From Candidatus Thorarchaeota archaeon (lineage in GTDB: Archaea; Asgardarchaeota; Thorarchaeia; Thorarchaeales; Thorarchaeaceae), in the NCBI GenBank assembly GCA_004524565.1, contig SDNZ01000001.1, positions 12,455-76,454 of the forward strand: a stretch of DNA of 64,000 bases, given 5' to 3'. The notes under the pieces are model-generated. The model did not search any database. It was not told the DNA's origin and saw nothing but the letters and a program-made list of their open reading frames with translations. Made by a program: the position numbers and the translations under genes. Position 1 is the first letter of the stretch; each line of letters begins with the position of its first letter. Positions 8,216 to 17,435 of this stretch are shown here, piece after piece.

Positions 8216-9873
8216 TTCTGCTTTGATAAATCGTAGAAGAACTTGACTTCTGGAGAACCGGTTCTAAGGTTCAAGAAAGTGACAATTCCTGGCGTTGGAA
8301 CTACACCTTGCTTACGCATGAAATCAGTTTGTGATTGAAATGTACCTGAATTGATTATCTGTACGCCTCGATAGTTATCCACTGCATTATGATGAGCATG
8401 TCCAAAATGGACAACATCTGGTGGCGTATCAATCACCATCCAATCACGATGTAGTGGTGCTAATTCTGTCTTCCCGCCATAAATAGGGGCAAGATGGCGT
8501 TTCTTCAAGAGCTCTTTCATAGGTAGTGCAGGTTCGGTGTAAGATGCTCCGGGAAGCATGGTCACAAGATCGTCTAGACTGTCCCCGTGTGTTATCAAGA
8601 CATTTACGCCTTCGACTATCACTTGACTGGGATCACCAAGCATAGTTACGTTTTTCAAAGTATGGAGAGGTTCTGCAAAAGTCTTCATAATCGGTGGCTT
8701 TGGGAGTGCTTGACGAGCAGCATCATGATTTCCAGGAATACAGAATACTTTCACATGTTCTGGAAGTTTCCGCAGCTTATCTGCAATCAATGCATATTGA
8801 TCATACAAACTTGTAACCGCCAGATGATATCTTTGATCAGGATACACACTGATACCATCCACCAAGTCACCTGCAATGAAGAGGTATCTTGTATTTTGGA
8901 CCAAAGATTTGTCAGCATCGCTAACATCCTTTCCATTTAGCCAGGCAATGAACTGGTCAAGTTCATCTTCAAGGAATTCTTGACTTCCACAATGTAAATC
9001 GGAAATGAATGCAGCGTAAATTTCCCTGTTTGCACGACCTATCTCGCGTGCTGTAGGAATATCAGGGAACAACACGTCATCTGCAATCATTCTACCATCA
9101 TTATCAACAGAACCCGATATGCAGACAATCTCATCCAGCAACAATGAGTTTGCTTTATCTGAAAGATTTGAACCCTTAAGTCCACTAAGTTTGGAAGGAA
9201 TTACACAGATGATTGATTCATTCCCACCCTTAGATTCACGCTTAATAGCTCTTGGATTTTCGTCTTGATATTCCTCAATATCAATTATTACGTTCTGAGC
9301 CTTTGAGATGCTCTTATCCCGGATTATTCCTAAAACCACTTGACTAGGAGGACTTCTACGCCGTGGACCATCACTATTCATTGGTCCTGCACCACGTTTT
9401 GTAGGGCTTCTCCTGAGTTTTGCTACACTTGGGGTGACTGCGTTTTGCGTATCTATTCGAGCCATGTAGATCTTCTTTATTCTCTCAAAACGGTCTCTGA
9501 ACAATTGGAACAAGTCATCTATTGTTCCTTCGGACCCGACTGATTCATCCATAGGGCTTTTTTCAATTTTGAAGTCCCATTCAGAAGTAACGATTTCAGG
9601 TTCTGCTTCTGGGAATGATTCTGGCAGTTCATCACTGATAACGAGAAGAGGTTCTATTGATTCCTGAACTGGTTCGTGACCTTCGACTAGTGATTCAATA
9701 TATTCCTTTGATAGAATAGACGGGCTCTCCGCGGGATTCCTAATCAATATCTTCGATTCTACGGTCTCCAAAGGGGATTCTTGGTCTAGTAGGTACTCTA
9801 ATGCATCCGGCGTGATTTGGAATCCAGACTCTATCAGTCGTGCCAATATATTACGACGTATCGAAGATGTCAA
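8212..9873 (-). CDS. DNA polymerase D (PolD) small subunit DP1.
   Basis: Calcineurin-like phosphoesterase motifs 'FISDLHCGS', 'FIAGDLVDG', 'IPGNHD', 'ITHGD' and 'GHAHH'. 553 aa. Confidence 0.85.
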   Translation of the reverse strand: MTSSIRRNILARLIESGFQITPDALEYLLDQESPLETVESKILIRNPAESPSILSKEYIESLVEGHEPVQESIEPLLVISDELPESFPEAEPEIVTSEWDFKIEKSPMDESVGSEGTIDDLFQLFRDRFERIKKIYMARIDTQNAVTPSVAKLRRSPTKRGAGPMNSDGPRRRSPPSQVVLGIIRDKSISKAQNVIIDIEEYQDENPRAIKRESKGGNESIICVIPSKLSGLKGSNLSDKANSLLLDEIVCISGSVDNDGRMIADDVLFPDIPTAREIGRANREIYAAFISDLHCGSQEFLEDELDQFIAWLNGKDVSDADKSLVQNTRYLFIAGDLVDGISVYPDQRYHLAVTSLYDQYALIADKLRKLPEHVKVFCIPGNHDAARQALPKPPIMKTFAEPLHTLKNVTMLGDPSQVIVEGVNVLITHGDSLDDLVTMLPGASYTEPALPMKELLKKRHLAPIYGGKTELAPLHRDWMVIDTPPDVVHFGHAHHNAVDNYRGVQIINSGTFQSQTDFMRKQGVVPTPGIVTFLNLRTGSPEVKFFYDLSKQN

Positions 9874-9999
9874 TTGGTCATCAATGAGAAAGAGCTGGTT
9901 CTTGTTTTAAACATCTGCCATTATTGTAACATGCGGTAAGTGTAATAAGCGCGCATTTCTCAAGCATCTTGTTTCCTACTATCTCTAAGAGGTGGTATT

Positions 10000-10977
10000 A
10001 TGGTAAACATCAGAACTCTGCAACAAACTGGTGGGAAGAGCGGTAGCTCATTTCTTATTATTTTACCAAAGGATTGGGTTGTGAGACAGAAACTAAGTAA
10101 GGGAGATCCTGTCGTTGTGGCAGAACGTGAAGATGGTTGTCTGATAATAGACCCGCGTCTTCCAAAAGCAGGTGAAACACGTTCTACTACTGCTGAAATT
10201 GAACTCAACTTGAGGTGGGAGATTACAAGTAGGTACCTTCTTGGTTTTGATGAAATTCGTATTGTTAGTAAGGAGCCCATCACAAATGAGCAAAGAGATG
10301 AGTTGAAACGCGTAATCAAACGTTTTGTTGCTCTAGAGGTCACAGAAGAAGATGACCACCAGATTGTTCTAAGATGTCTTGTTGATCCTACAACTCTTCC
10401 GGTAAGTACTGCAATGAGAAGAATGAATCTGATCACATCACGAATGATAGACGATGCTTTGAAGGCATATTTCGAAGGGCTTCAGAAAGCGGCGGAAGAA
10501 ATTATTCAGCGTGACGAGGAGGTGGACAGACTATTCTTCCTGATTGTAAGAGAACTTAGATCTGCAGTTCAATATCCAAGAATGAGTGAATTAATGAAAA
10601 TTACTCCTGTAGAGGCTCTTGATTACAGATTAGCTGCACAGTATATAGAAAGGATTGCAGATTTAGCAGTTGATATCGCACTGAGAGTTGAGGATCCTCT
10701 TGATAGAAAACTAGTCAAGAGATTGCAACTCATAGGAGACAAGGTGAAAGAAATGTTGTCTGTTTCTGTGAATAACCTCTTCAAATTTGATGCGAAGAAA
10801 GTCACCAAGGTAATTGAAACCGAGAGATGGTTGATTCAGGAAACTGCAATATTGAGAAAAGATATTGTCACATCACCTAACGGACAACCACAAACTCAAC
10901 TTTATGTTGTAGATAGTCTACTGAGAATGGGAGAGGCTGCAAAAGATATCACTGACCTTGCACTACCCCACAACTAG
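10000..10977 (+). CDS. AbrB/SpoVT-type swapped-hairpin domain fused to a tandem PhoU-like domain. An archaeal 'phosphate uptake regulator'-type protein.
   Basis: N-terminal 'KSGSSFLIILPKDWVVRQKLSKGDPVVV' is AbrB-like. The C-terminal helical repeats carry E..D...D-type PhoU signatures. Confidence 0.55.
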   Translation: MVNIRTLQQTGGKSGSSFLIILPKDWVVRQKLSKGDPVVVAEREDGCLIIDPRLPKAGETRSTTAEIELNLRWEITSRYLLGFDEIRIVSKEPITNEQRDELKRVIKRFVALEVTEEDDHQIVLRCLVDPTTLPVSTAMRRMNLITSRMIDDALKAYFEGLQKAAEEIIQRDEEVDRLFFLIVRELRSAVQYPRMSELMKITPVEALDYRLAAQYIERIADLAVDIALRVEDPLDRKLVKRLQLIGDKVKEMLSVSVNNLFKFDAKKVTKVIETERWLIQETAILRKDIVTSPNGQPQTQLYVVDSLLRMGEAAKDITDLALPHN

Positions 10978-10988
10978 AGGAGATTAAC

Positions 10989-12371
10989 ATGACAGACAAG
11001 CTCTTTGGCACTTCAGGCATTCGAGGCTCAATTCTTGAAAAATCAACACCCGACTTAGCACTTAATCTAGGGAGAGCATTAGGTTCGTTCTTGGAAGGCA
11101 GAGGTAGTGTGGGAGTAGGAGTTGATGCTAGAACCTCCAATGAAATGTTGAGAAACAGTCTCATTGCGGGATTACTATCGACAGGTGTTGATGTTGTTGA
11201 CTTAGGAATCGCGCCAATGCCAGCAGTTGCATATTATAGTCAAGTAAAGGGGATTGCCACTTCTGTCATTGTTACTGCTAGTCATAATCCCCCAGCCGAC
11301 AATGGTTTCAAATTCTTCAACAATGGGAGGGAATTTGTGAGAAAAGAAGAGGTCTTCATAGAAACTGCTATTGCAAAGAGTCAGTATATTGTAGCAAAAT
11401 GGGATGAGATTGGAAAAATCAGTCATCTGGACATTAAAGAACAATATCTGGATTATCTCAAGACATTCTTATTCAATAGAGGAACGAAAAGTAGTGGTAC
11501 CAAAGTATTGGTCGATCTAGCAAATGGTGCAGCTACTGAATACACACCCCACTTACTTCTTGAAATGGGTTTCTCAGTAACAACAATGAACTCACACCAA
11601 GATGGCCATTTTCCCGGAAGACCTGCAGAACCATCACCTGGAAATCTAGTAGATGCTATGAATATGGCAGCAAACTCAGACTTTGCAGTCACAGTATGCC
11701 ATGATGGCGATGGTGACCGACTTGCAGTGATTGATGAACAGGGTGAGTTTATCGATCAAAATCGGGTCATTGCGCTCTTTGCTAGGGATGAGGTCAAAAG
11801 AAATGGTGGAGGAATTGTGGTTGCTTCTATTGACACATCAAGTGTTATTGATGAACTTGTAACTGCTGCAGGAGGAACAGTGACAAGAATGCCTTTGGGA
11901 TCGCTTCAAGAGTTTCTTGCATCAGATAAAGGGAAAGATGTTGTCTTTGCATCAGAACCGTGGAAACCAATCTTCACTAAGATGGGCTGTTGGATGGATG
12001 GTATAGCTGGAGCTGCAAGGTTAGCACAGATGGTAGATGAACTAGGTAGTGGAAGTTGCACAAAGCTGATGGAAACAATTCCAAAGTACCCAATGCTGAG
12101 AGATTTTGTTCCTTGTCCAGATAGCATCAAACCAAAATTCCTACCCAAGGTCAAAGAGTTACTAGTACCACAAATGAGTGGAGTGGAACAGATTCTAGAG
12201 GTTGATGGTATTAGAATAGAATGCACTGATGGGTCCTATGTTTTAGTCAGAGTTTCTGGTACCGAACCCAAGGCTAGGGTATACGTGGGTGCAAAGAAGC
12301 AAGAAACTGTAGATAGATTGGCTACACTTGCGAAGGATGTCATGGCTAAAGTTCTTGACGAACTCCAATAG
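10989..12371 (+). CDS. Phosphoglucosamine/phosphomannomutase (alpha-D-phosphohexomutase family).
   Basis: 'VTASHNPPADNGFKF' active-site Ser loop, 'CHDGDGDR' metal-binding loop. 460 aa. Confidence 0.8.
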   Translation: MTDKLFGTSGIRGSILEKSTPDLALNLGRALGSFLEGRGSVGVGVDARTSNEMLRNSLIAGLLSTGVDVVDLGIAPMPAVAYYSQVKGIATSVIVTASHNPPADNGFKFFNNGREFVRKEEVFIETAIAKSQYIVAKWDEIGKISHLDIKEQYLDYLKTFLFNRGTKSSGTKVLVDLANGAATEYTPHLLLEMGFSVTTMNSHQDGHFPGRPAEPSPGNLVDAMNMAANSDFAVTVCHDGDGDRLAVIDEQGEFIDQNRVIALFARDEVKRNGGGIVVASIDTSSVIDELVTAAGGTVTRMPLGSLQEFLASDKGKDVVFASEPWKPIFTKMGCWMDGIAGAARLAQMVDELGSGSCTKLMETIPKYPMLRDFVPCPDSIKPKFLPKVKELLVPQMSGVEQILEVDGIRIECTDGSYVLVRVSGTEPKARVYVGAKKQETVDRLATLAKDVMAKVLDELQ

Positions 12372-12382
12372 TGAAATTAGCT

Positions 12383-13045
12383 CTATACTCGTAATGTACG
12401 TGCGTGTACCTTGACTGCTGCTGCATCATCGTGCTTTCCTTGAGCACTCAGTGCCATTCCAAGAAAATCCCATGCTTCGGGCATACGAGGCGCTACTTCG
12501 GTTAGTTTTCGGAATGCTTTTTCTGATTCTTCTGCATGTCCTTTCCTCAAGTGAAGAATACCCATAGCCATCCAACCTTCAAAGAAATTGGGATTCAGAT
12601 CAATACTCTTTTGTGCTGCATTCTCAGCCTCACTATCTTTTCGTAGACCGATAAGGATGGTACTCAGTCCACTCCATGAAGTGAAATCCTTTGGATTGAG
12701 TTCTAGCGCCTTTCGAAAGTACGATTCAGCTTCAGCAAAAGCACTCTTAGACTTCAACACACATCCCACGAGGTTCCAGTTATGAGCAAGCTTGTCATTT
12801 AGTTCCAGAGCCTTTCGTGCTGAAATCTCTGCATCAGCAAGTTTCTGTAGGGCTAATTGGCACCTGCCTAGAGACATCCAGTTTGTTGCATTATCTGGAT
12901 CAATCTCAACGAGTCTTTTAAGCACCTTTTCAGCATCAACCATCTTTCCCTGTTGTATAAGGCGCAAGCTCTCTTCAAATAGTTCGTATTTTTCATCTGA
13001 AGCCATCTTGTATCTCAATCCTATTGATTCTATCAAAATGGTCAT
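12383..13045 (-). CDS. TPR-repeat protein.
   Basis: Repeated 34-residue 'A...Y...A..LNP......W..LG' helical units. Confidence 0.6.
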   Translation of the reverse strand: MTILIESIGLRYKMASDEKYELFEESLRLIQQGKMVDAEKVLKRLVEIDPDNATNWMSLGRCQLALQKLADAEISARKALELNDKLAHNWNLVGCVLKSKSAFAEAESYFRKALELNPKDFTSWSGLSTILIGLRKDSEAENAAQKSIDLNPNFFEGWMAMGILHLRKGHAEESEKAFRKLTEVAPRMPEAWDFLGMALSAQGKHDDAAAVKVHARTLRV

Positions 13046-13115
13046 GTAGCCCTATTTCAATGATTGTACTGAATTTAGGTAAGATTAAATCATAAATGTT
13101 CTCGAGTTTCGATAA

Positions 13116-13231
13116 GCCGGGGTTTCCTAGTGGCTATGGAGGCGGTCTCGAAAACCGCTGTCTTCGGACGCGTGAGACCTCGCGGAAGTAAATAACGCGA
13201 GGCACGAATTCAAGTCTCATCCCCGGCGCCA
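13116..13231 (+). tRNA. tRNA-Ser(CGA) with a ~32-nt non-canonical intron in the T-arm (between positions 53/54).
   Basis: Acceptor stem GCCGGGG/CCCCGGC plus discriminator G and an encoded CCA. Anticodon stem GCGGU/ACCGC with loop CUCGAAA. A 13-nt variable arm. T-stem GUGAG...CUCAU is interrupted by an insert at 13177..13208 that contains the hairpin CCUCGCGG/CGCGAGG. Confidence 0.7.
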
Positions 13232-13248
13232 TTATTGTCTATTTCTAC

Positions 13249-13590
13249 CTAGAATGTGAATAGAGTATATCCATTCCCAAGGAACTTCAGCATGTCACTA
13301 TGACCACTCAGTTCTCCCTTTATGGGAACACCAAGCTTCTGTGCTGCTTCAGTCGCTGAAAATGATGCAGTACAAGCCTTGCATGCATGATCAATAATTC
13401 CAAGCTCCATTGCCTTTCCAAAGAGTGGGAGCTTGATTGACTCATCTGCAATCCCAATCAGAAGTTTGGGAGAGGCACACTCGAGGACTACTGCAACTTC
13501 ATGCTCATTCTCATGGAAATGTATTGCATTAAGAAGCAAATGGTATAGTTGCATCTTGTTATCATCTGTTGCTAAAAATACGTACTTCAT
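13249..13590 (-). CDS. DsrE/DsrF-like (YchN-fold) small protein.
   Basis: 113 aa. 'MKYVFLATDD...LLNAI...HEVAVVLECAS' and 'IIDHACKAC' resemble the DsrE/DsrF/TusD family pattern. Recognition is weak. Confidence 0.4.
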   Translation of the reverse strand: MKYVFLATDDNKMQLYHLLLNAIHFHENEHEVAVVLECASPKLLIGIADESIKLPLFGKAMELGIIDHACKACTASFSATEAAQKLGVPIKGELSGHSDMLKFLGNGYTLFTF

Positions 13591-13649
13591 TGTATTTCAC
13601 AAAAAACTTTGATACAAAGAGGATAATGAGGCTTACGACAGAAAATGAA

Positions 13650-13766
13650 TGGTGCGGAGGGCGAGATTTGAACTCGCGAACTCCTACGAGATTCCCCAAT
13701 CTTAACAATTGTTAAGAAAACTGGGACCTAAACCCAGCGCCTTTAACCTGGCTGGGCAACCTCCGC
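13650..13766 (-). tRNA. tRNA-Leu(UAG) with a ~29-nt non-canonical intron at the anticodon-stem/variable-arm junction (~44/45).
   Basis: Reverse complement gives GCGGAGG...CCUCCGC-A-CCA. It has a long D-loop, an anticodon stem CUGGG/CCCAG with loop UUUAGGU, a variable arm CUCGUAGGAGUUC and a T-arm GCGAG-UUCAAAU-CUCGC. The extra 29 nt (13691..13719) contain the perfect palindrome CTTAACAATTGTTAAG. Confidence 0.7.
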
Positions 13767-13821
13767 ATTGAAGCAAAAGTGAAAATGAATTCATTTTAAC
13801 CATTTTGTATAGGCTAAGATT

Positions 13822-13959
13822 TTACTTGTCAGTAGTTTCCCAAGTATGACTGCAGCGTGGGCATCGCCATTTCTTTTTATATTTCCCACTGCTTAGCATC
13901 TCTTTTCGGACTAGAGCGACTTCATCAGATCCGCAGCGTGTACACACAACTTTGTCCAT
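13822..13959 (-). CDS. Small zinc-ribbon protein, ~45 aa. Below the 60-aa cutoff of the ORF track.
   Basis: Reverse-strand translation: 'MDKVVCTRCGSDEVALVRKEMLSSGKYKKKWRCPRCSHTWETTDK'. Two CxxC pairs about 22 residues apart. Confidence 0.4.
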   Translation of the reverse strand: MDKVVCTRCGSDEVALVRKEMLSSGKYKKKWRCPRCSHTWETTDK

Positions 13960-14166
13960 AGTATATCCATCTCAGTCTGCATGATGTATATTAGTCATAT
14001 CTAGTTTTCTTGTTAGAACCTACAGGACTAGAAGGTAAGAAAGCGAACCATGTCACAACGTTTTTATTAGACTCGTTGGATGTCGGCTCGGTTCCTGTGG
14101 CCCGACCATGGACCATTTCGTGATTCTCTGGACTAATAATGCGTCCAGTGTGAGTGTGATTAAAAA

Positions 14167-14820
14167 ATGTCCTCAAGAAGTAGACAAACAGCGGCAAGAA
14201 CTCGTGATAAATGGCGAGAGAAGACGTGGTACCAGATTCTTGCACCTGATTATTTTGATAACAAGGAGATAGGTACGACTCCAGCAGGAAATGCAGATTT
14301 GCTGATTGGAAGAACTGCCCAACCAACATTGTATGATTTGACTGGAGATTTCGATAAAATCCATGTCAAACTACGATTCAAGATACTTGAGGTCACAGGA
14401 CAGCAAGCCAAGACTACATTCTACGGGCATGAATGGAGTTCTGATTATCTTCGAGGGCTTGTAAGAAGAGGAACATCCAGAATCGATTGGATCGGACCAA
14501 TTCTAACAAAAGACGACTATCTGATGAGAATTTCAGTCATTGTTTTCACTATCACTCGAGCAAAATCTAGTCATGAACATGCAGTCAGAAAGGCTATTGA
14601 AAAAGTGATTAGAGCTCATGCAAAGAAGCATGTCTTTGATGAGTTAGTTGAAAAAGTGATTCTGGGAGATCTGGCTGGTGAGGTCTTTGAAGAAGTGAAA
14701 AAGATCATCCCAATCCGCGAGTGCGAGATTCGTAAGAGTAAGGTGCTCAAGGGGCCTGAAGAGGTCAAAATCAGAAGAGCTAGACTCAGACGAGGCACTG
14801 CTGCTGCCAAGGAAGAGTAG
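14167..14820 (+). CDS. rps3ae: Ribosomal protein S3Ae (eS1).
   Basis: 217 aa. 'KTWYQILAPDYFDNKEIGTTPAGNADLLIGRT...KLRFKILEVTG' is characteristic of S3Ae. Confidence 0.85.
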   Translation: MSSRSRQTAARTRDKWREKTWYQILAPDYFDNKEIGTTPAGNADLLIGRTAQPTLYDLTGDFDKIHVKLRFKILEVTGQQAKTTFYGHEWSSDYLRGLVRRGTSRIDWIGPILTKDDYLMRISVIVFTITRAKSSHEHAVRKAIEKVIRAHAKKHVFDELVEKVILGDLAGEVFEEVKKIIPIRECEIRKSKVLKGPEEVKIRRARLRRGTAAAKEE

Positions 14821-14846
14821 TTAGCAAAATAGATTTTGAGGGGCGG

Positions 14847-15203
14847 TTATTGCCCCTTCATATTTTCTAGTCTATGCAGAGACTGTAAGAGTAATACCAT
14901 AAGGTTAGCTAGTTTCGTCAATGATTCTATATCAGTTTCTGAATCAACAAGCTCATTCAGTGCCTTCAGTTTTCCAATTAGAGTTTCACGAAGCTCGGGT
15001 AAGAGCGTCATTACAGCTTGTGTTTCAACCTCTTCATCCGAATCTGCATAGACGATACGCCTATCGCATGTTGCACAATAGATATCATCGCCCACCTTGA
15101 ACAATGGGGATCCACACTGAGGACAAGCATCAGCTAGCATTGTTGCTCCGCGTCGGAGAAGTTCAGCCATCTTTTTGACCGAGGTATCATCTTTAGTATC
15201 CAT
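14847..15203 (-). CDS. Zn-ribbon protein of the Sjogren-autoantigen-p27 (Auto_anti-p27) family.
   Basis: 'AELLRRGATMLADACPQCGSPLFKVGDDIYCATCD'. The likely start is the MDTKDD Met. The ORF-track start is upstream. Confidence 0.5.
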   Translation of the reverse strand: MDTKDDTSVKKMAELLRRGATMLADACPQCGSPLFKVGDDIYCATCDRRIVYADSDEEVETQAVMTLLPELRETLIGKLKALNELVDSETDIESLTKLANLMVLLLQSLHRLENMKGQ

Positions 15204-15332
15204 TGTAAGCACTAGGATATCATGTAATTGTGGCGATATAAGAGGTGTTCGAATGCATACAACTGATTGCGTCATTATGAAAACGTTGATATGGAAACTA
15301 TCGGTGAGGGTTCTTGTTGATTCGCACACCGT

Positions 15333-15629
15333 TTGTGCGACAAGACTATTTCAGAGGTGAGTCCCTTGGACCCCGAAACTCAGAAGAGCATTGATCAATC
15401 TAAACACCTTCTTAAACAGATATCCGAGGATTCCTCAGTTCCTAGGAACATCCGGCGTGCAGCCAATGAGGCAATTGTAGTCCTGGAAAATGAAACAGAC
15501 TCTCCCGCAATGAGAGCGCAGAACGCAATATCCATTCTGGATGAACCAGGTCAAGACCCAAATTGTCCTAATCATGCAAGGACAAAGATTTGGCACGTAT
15601 CCAGTCTATTGGAGCCGATACGCGATTAG
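15333..15629 (+). CDS. UPF0147-family small protein.
   Basis: 'SVPRNIRRAANEAIVVLENE...MRAQNAISILDE...DPNCPNHARTKIWHVSSLLE' matches the conserved UPF0147 blocks. Confidence 0.5.
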   Translation: MCDKTISEVSPLDPETQKSIDQSKHLLKQISEDSSVPRNIRRAANEAIVVLENETDSPAMRAQNAISILDEPGQDPNCPNHARTKIWHVSSLLEPIRD

Positions 15630-15720
15630 GCGGAACAAGGCCTCATCGATGAAACACAAAGCCAGCCAGAACCGCACGTGGTAAAGGACTGTCTCCCAAT
15701 AATAGGGCCAGTGTCTACTG

Positions 15721-17184
15721 ATGATTAAGGCGAGGATACGGGGAATCTATTCACAATCATTGACGCAGATAATGCTGCAGAACCATTTCGAAATGGTTCA
15801 ACCCATTCCAGAAGTGGCAAGAAGGTTCGGGCTGCCTTATCGCAGTGATATTCCTGATGTAGACATTTGGGATAGAAGTGATTTACAGGGCATTGTGGCA
15901 ATTGCATACGAATCTATTTTGGGCAAACTTGCAGACGTTCTTAGAAGACGTCTAGGTGGGGTTATCACTCGAACACCTAGAGTAGCTAAGAGCTCGATCT
16001 ACAAAGGTATTGTCCAAGGTAGAGATGAAAGAACAGGACAGACACGGATAGACCTTGGGTCGATATCAGGTCTCATACCTGATAGAGGACTTCAACGAGG
16101 ACAACACATGATGGTCCAAATTAGAGCCCATGATTATGGTCGTAAAGCACCTGTTTTGTCTTCAAGTATTACGATACCAGGTCGTGCTGCAGTACTGTTA
16201 CCAGAACCAGTTGTCAGACTCAGTACCAAGATTAAAGATCCTGATGCAAGAAAGAATCTCACTGATCTTGGTAGGAAAATACGTGAGCATACTGATAATT
16301 GGGGTATCTTGTGGAGAACTTCTGCAGAGAATCTCACAGATAAAGAACTCCAAGATGAAGTAGATGATTTATTGGATACTACTCAGACACTCTATAACAA
16401 ATATAATGACTTGGAATCAACTGGAATTTTGTTTGAAGGAACAAGTAATGCGGATATTGAGTTCCCTGCTGAAGTGAAAGAGGCGCTTGATAAAACCCGT
16501 GCCAAAATCAAACCTACAATTGAACGGCATCACTTTTACAAAAGTGCAGGATATACTTCACTTGTGGATCTTGCAGAGATGGTCATTGAAGACCGTCCTG
16601 ATGAACGAAAATATATCACTGCCAAGCTGGACAAGATTGTATCAAGCGAGATACCGCGAGTGGATGATCCTGTTAATATTGAACATGTCAAATTAGATGG
16701 TCGGAATATTGTACTTGCACGAGGTAGAGTGGTAGAAACAACAGGAAATGGATTTGTGATAAGAAGACAGTTCAGGCATACAAGTAGAAAACTCAAAATC
16801 GTCAAAGAATACCCAGATGATGTAGATGTAGTAGGAGATGAGGGTGACTATGCAATGACCTACGTGGTACCCGGAAAACTTACTCTTTTCACAAATTACT
16901 ATTCTAGCGATGATGAACTGAAAGGTACCTACGCTAACATCAATACAGGTGTAGAAATATATCCAAGTAATGGAACCAGTCCGGGCAAGATTCGGTATGT
17001 TGATCTTGAGATTGATGTGGTAAAAGCACCTATAGATCAACCACCAAGAATAATTGATAGACATCTACTGAAACGAGCGGTACAACGCGGTTTCATCACA
17101 GAAGACATGGCGGAATTATCCAGAAGAAAGGCAGAATTAGTAGCCCAACAGATGGCAGAAGGAATAGACATACCTGGAATATAA
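15721..17184 (+). CDS. FAU-1-like RNA-binding protein / probable ribonuclease (RNase E/G-like N-domain plus DUF402).
   Basis: 487 aa. The N-terminus 'IKARIRGIYSQSLTQIMLQNHFEMVQP' parallels Pyrococcus FAU-1 ('IRIRGIYATALTKLL...G'). Confidence 0.55.
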   Translation: MIKARIRGIYSQSLTQIMLQNHFEMVQPIPEVARRFGLPYRSDIPDVDIWDRSDLQGIVAIAYESILGKLADVLRRRLGGVITRTPRVAKSSIYKGIVQGRDERTGQTRIDLGSISGLIPDRGLQRGQHMMVQIRAHDYGRKAPVLSSSITIPGRAAVLLPEPVVRLSTKIKDPDARKNLTDLGRKIREHTDNWGILWRTSAENLTDKELQDEVDDLLDTTQTLYNKYNDLESTGILFEGTSNADIEFPAEVKEALDKTRAKIKPTIERHHFYKSAGYTSLVDLAEMVIEDRPDERKYITAKLDKIVSSEIPRVDDPVNIEHVKLDGRNIVLARGRVVETTGNGFVIRRQFRHTSRKLKIVKEYPDDVDVVGDEGDYAMTYVVPGKLTLFTNYYSSDDELKGTYANINTGVEIYPSNGTSPGKIRYVDLEIDVVKAPIDQPPRIIDRHLLKRAVQRGFITEDMAELSRRKAELVAQQMAEGIDIPGI

Positions 17185-17435
17185 CTTAGAAACTCACTCT
17201 GAGATTATTGAATTTGATGTTCTCATAGATAGGTCAATTGCACTCATAATGTCTTCGAGCGTTGCTCCTAGACTACTAATGTTTCTCTCACACTGTATCA
17301 TGATTAGTAATTTCGTTCCTTTTACAGAACAATCGATAGTAAGACCGTGTGGTAGAGGTGTATTATCAGGTTTGATAGATTCTAAGATTCGGTTTGCTAC
17401 TTCAGACGATTGAAAATCAAGTTTGATTGTTGCGA

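Noticed and set aside
9960-10436. 158-aa minus-strand ORF antisense to the AbrB-PhoU gene.
   Set aside because: It overlaps the whole 5' half of a gene with recognisable domains and has no recognisable motifs. This is a typical antisense artefact.
14040-14160. GC-rich, hairpin-forming stretch upstream of rps3ae (GTCGGCTCGGTTCCTGTGGCCCGACCATGGACC, CTGGACTAATAATGCGTCCAG), considered as a structured ncRNA.
   Set aside because: Hairpins are plausible, but no recognisable ncRNA family features are present. It is more likely a 5' UTR or leader structure, and it cannot be supported from sequence alone.
13991-14329. 112-aa minus-strand ORF across the rps3ae promoter and 5' end.
   Set aside because: It overlaps the highly conserved S3Ae N-terminus on the opposite strand and has no family resemblance.
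17185-17435. 250-bp gene-free region downstream of FAU-1, checked for C/D-box or H/ACA sRNA and a small ORF.
   Set aside because: No convincing C (RUGAUGA) / D (CUGA) box pairs. The only ORF is ~35-55 aa without motifs.
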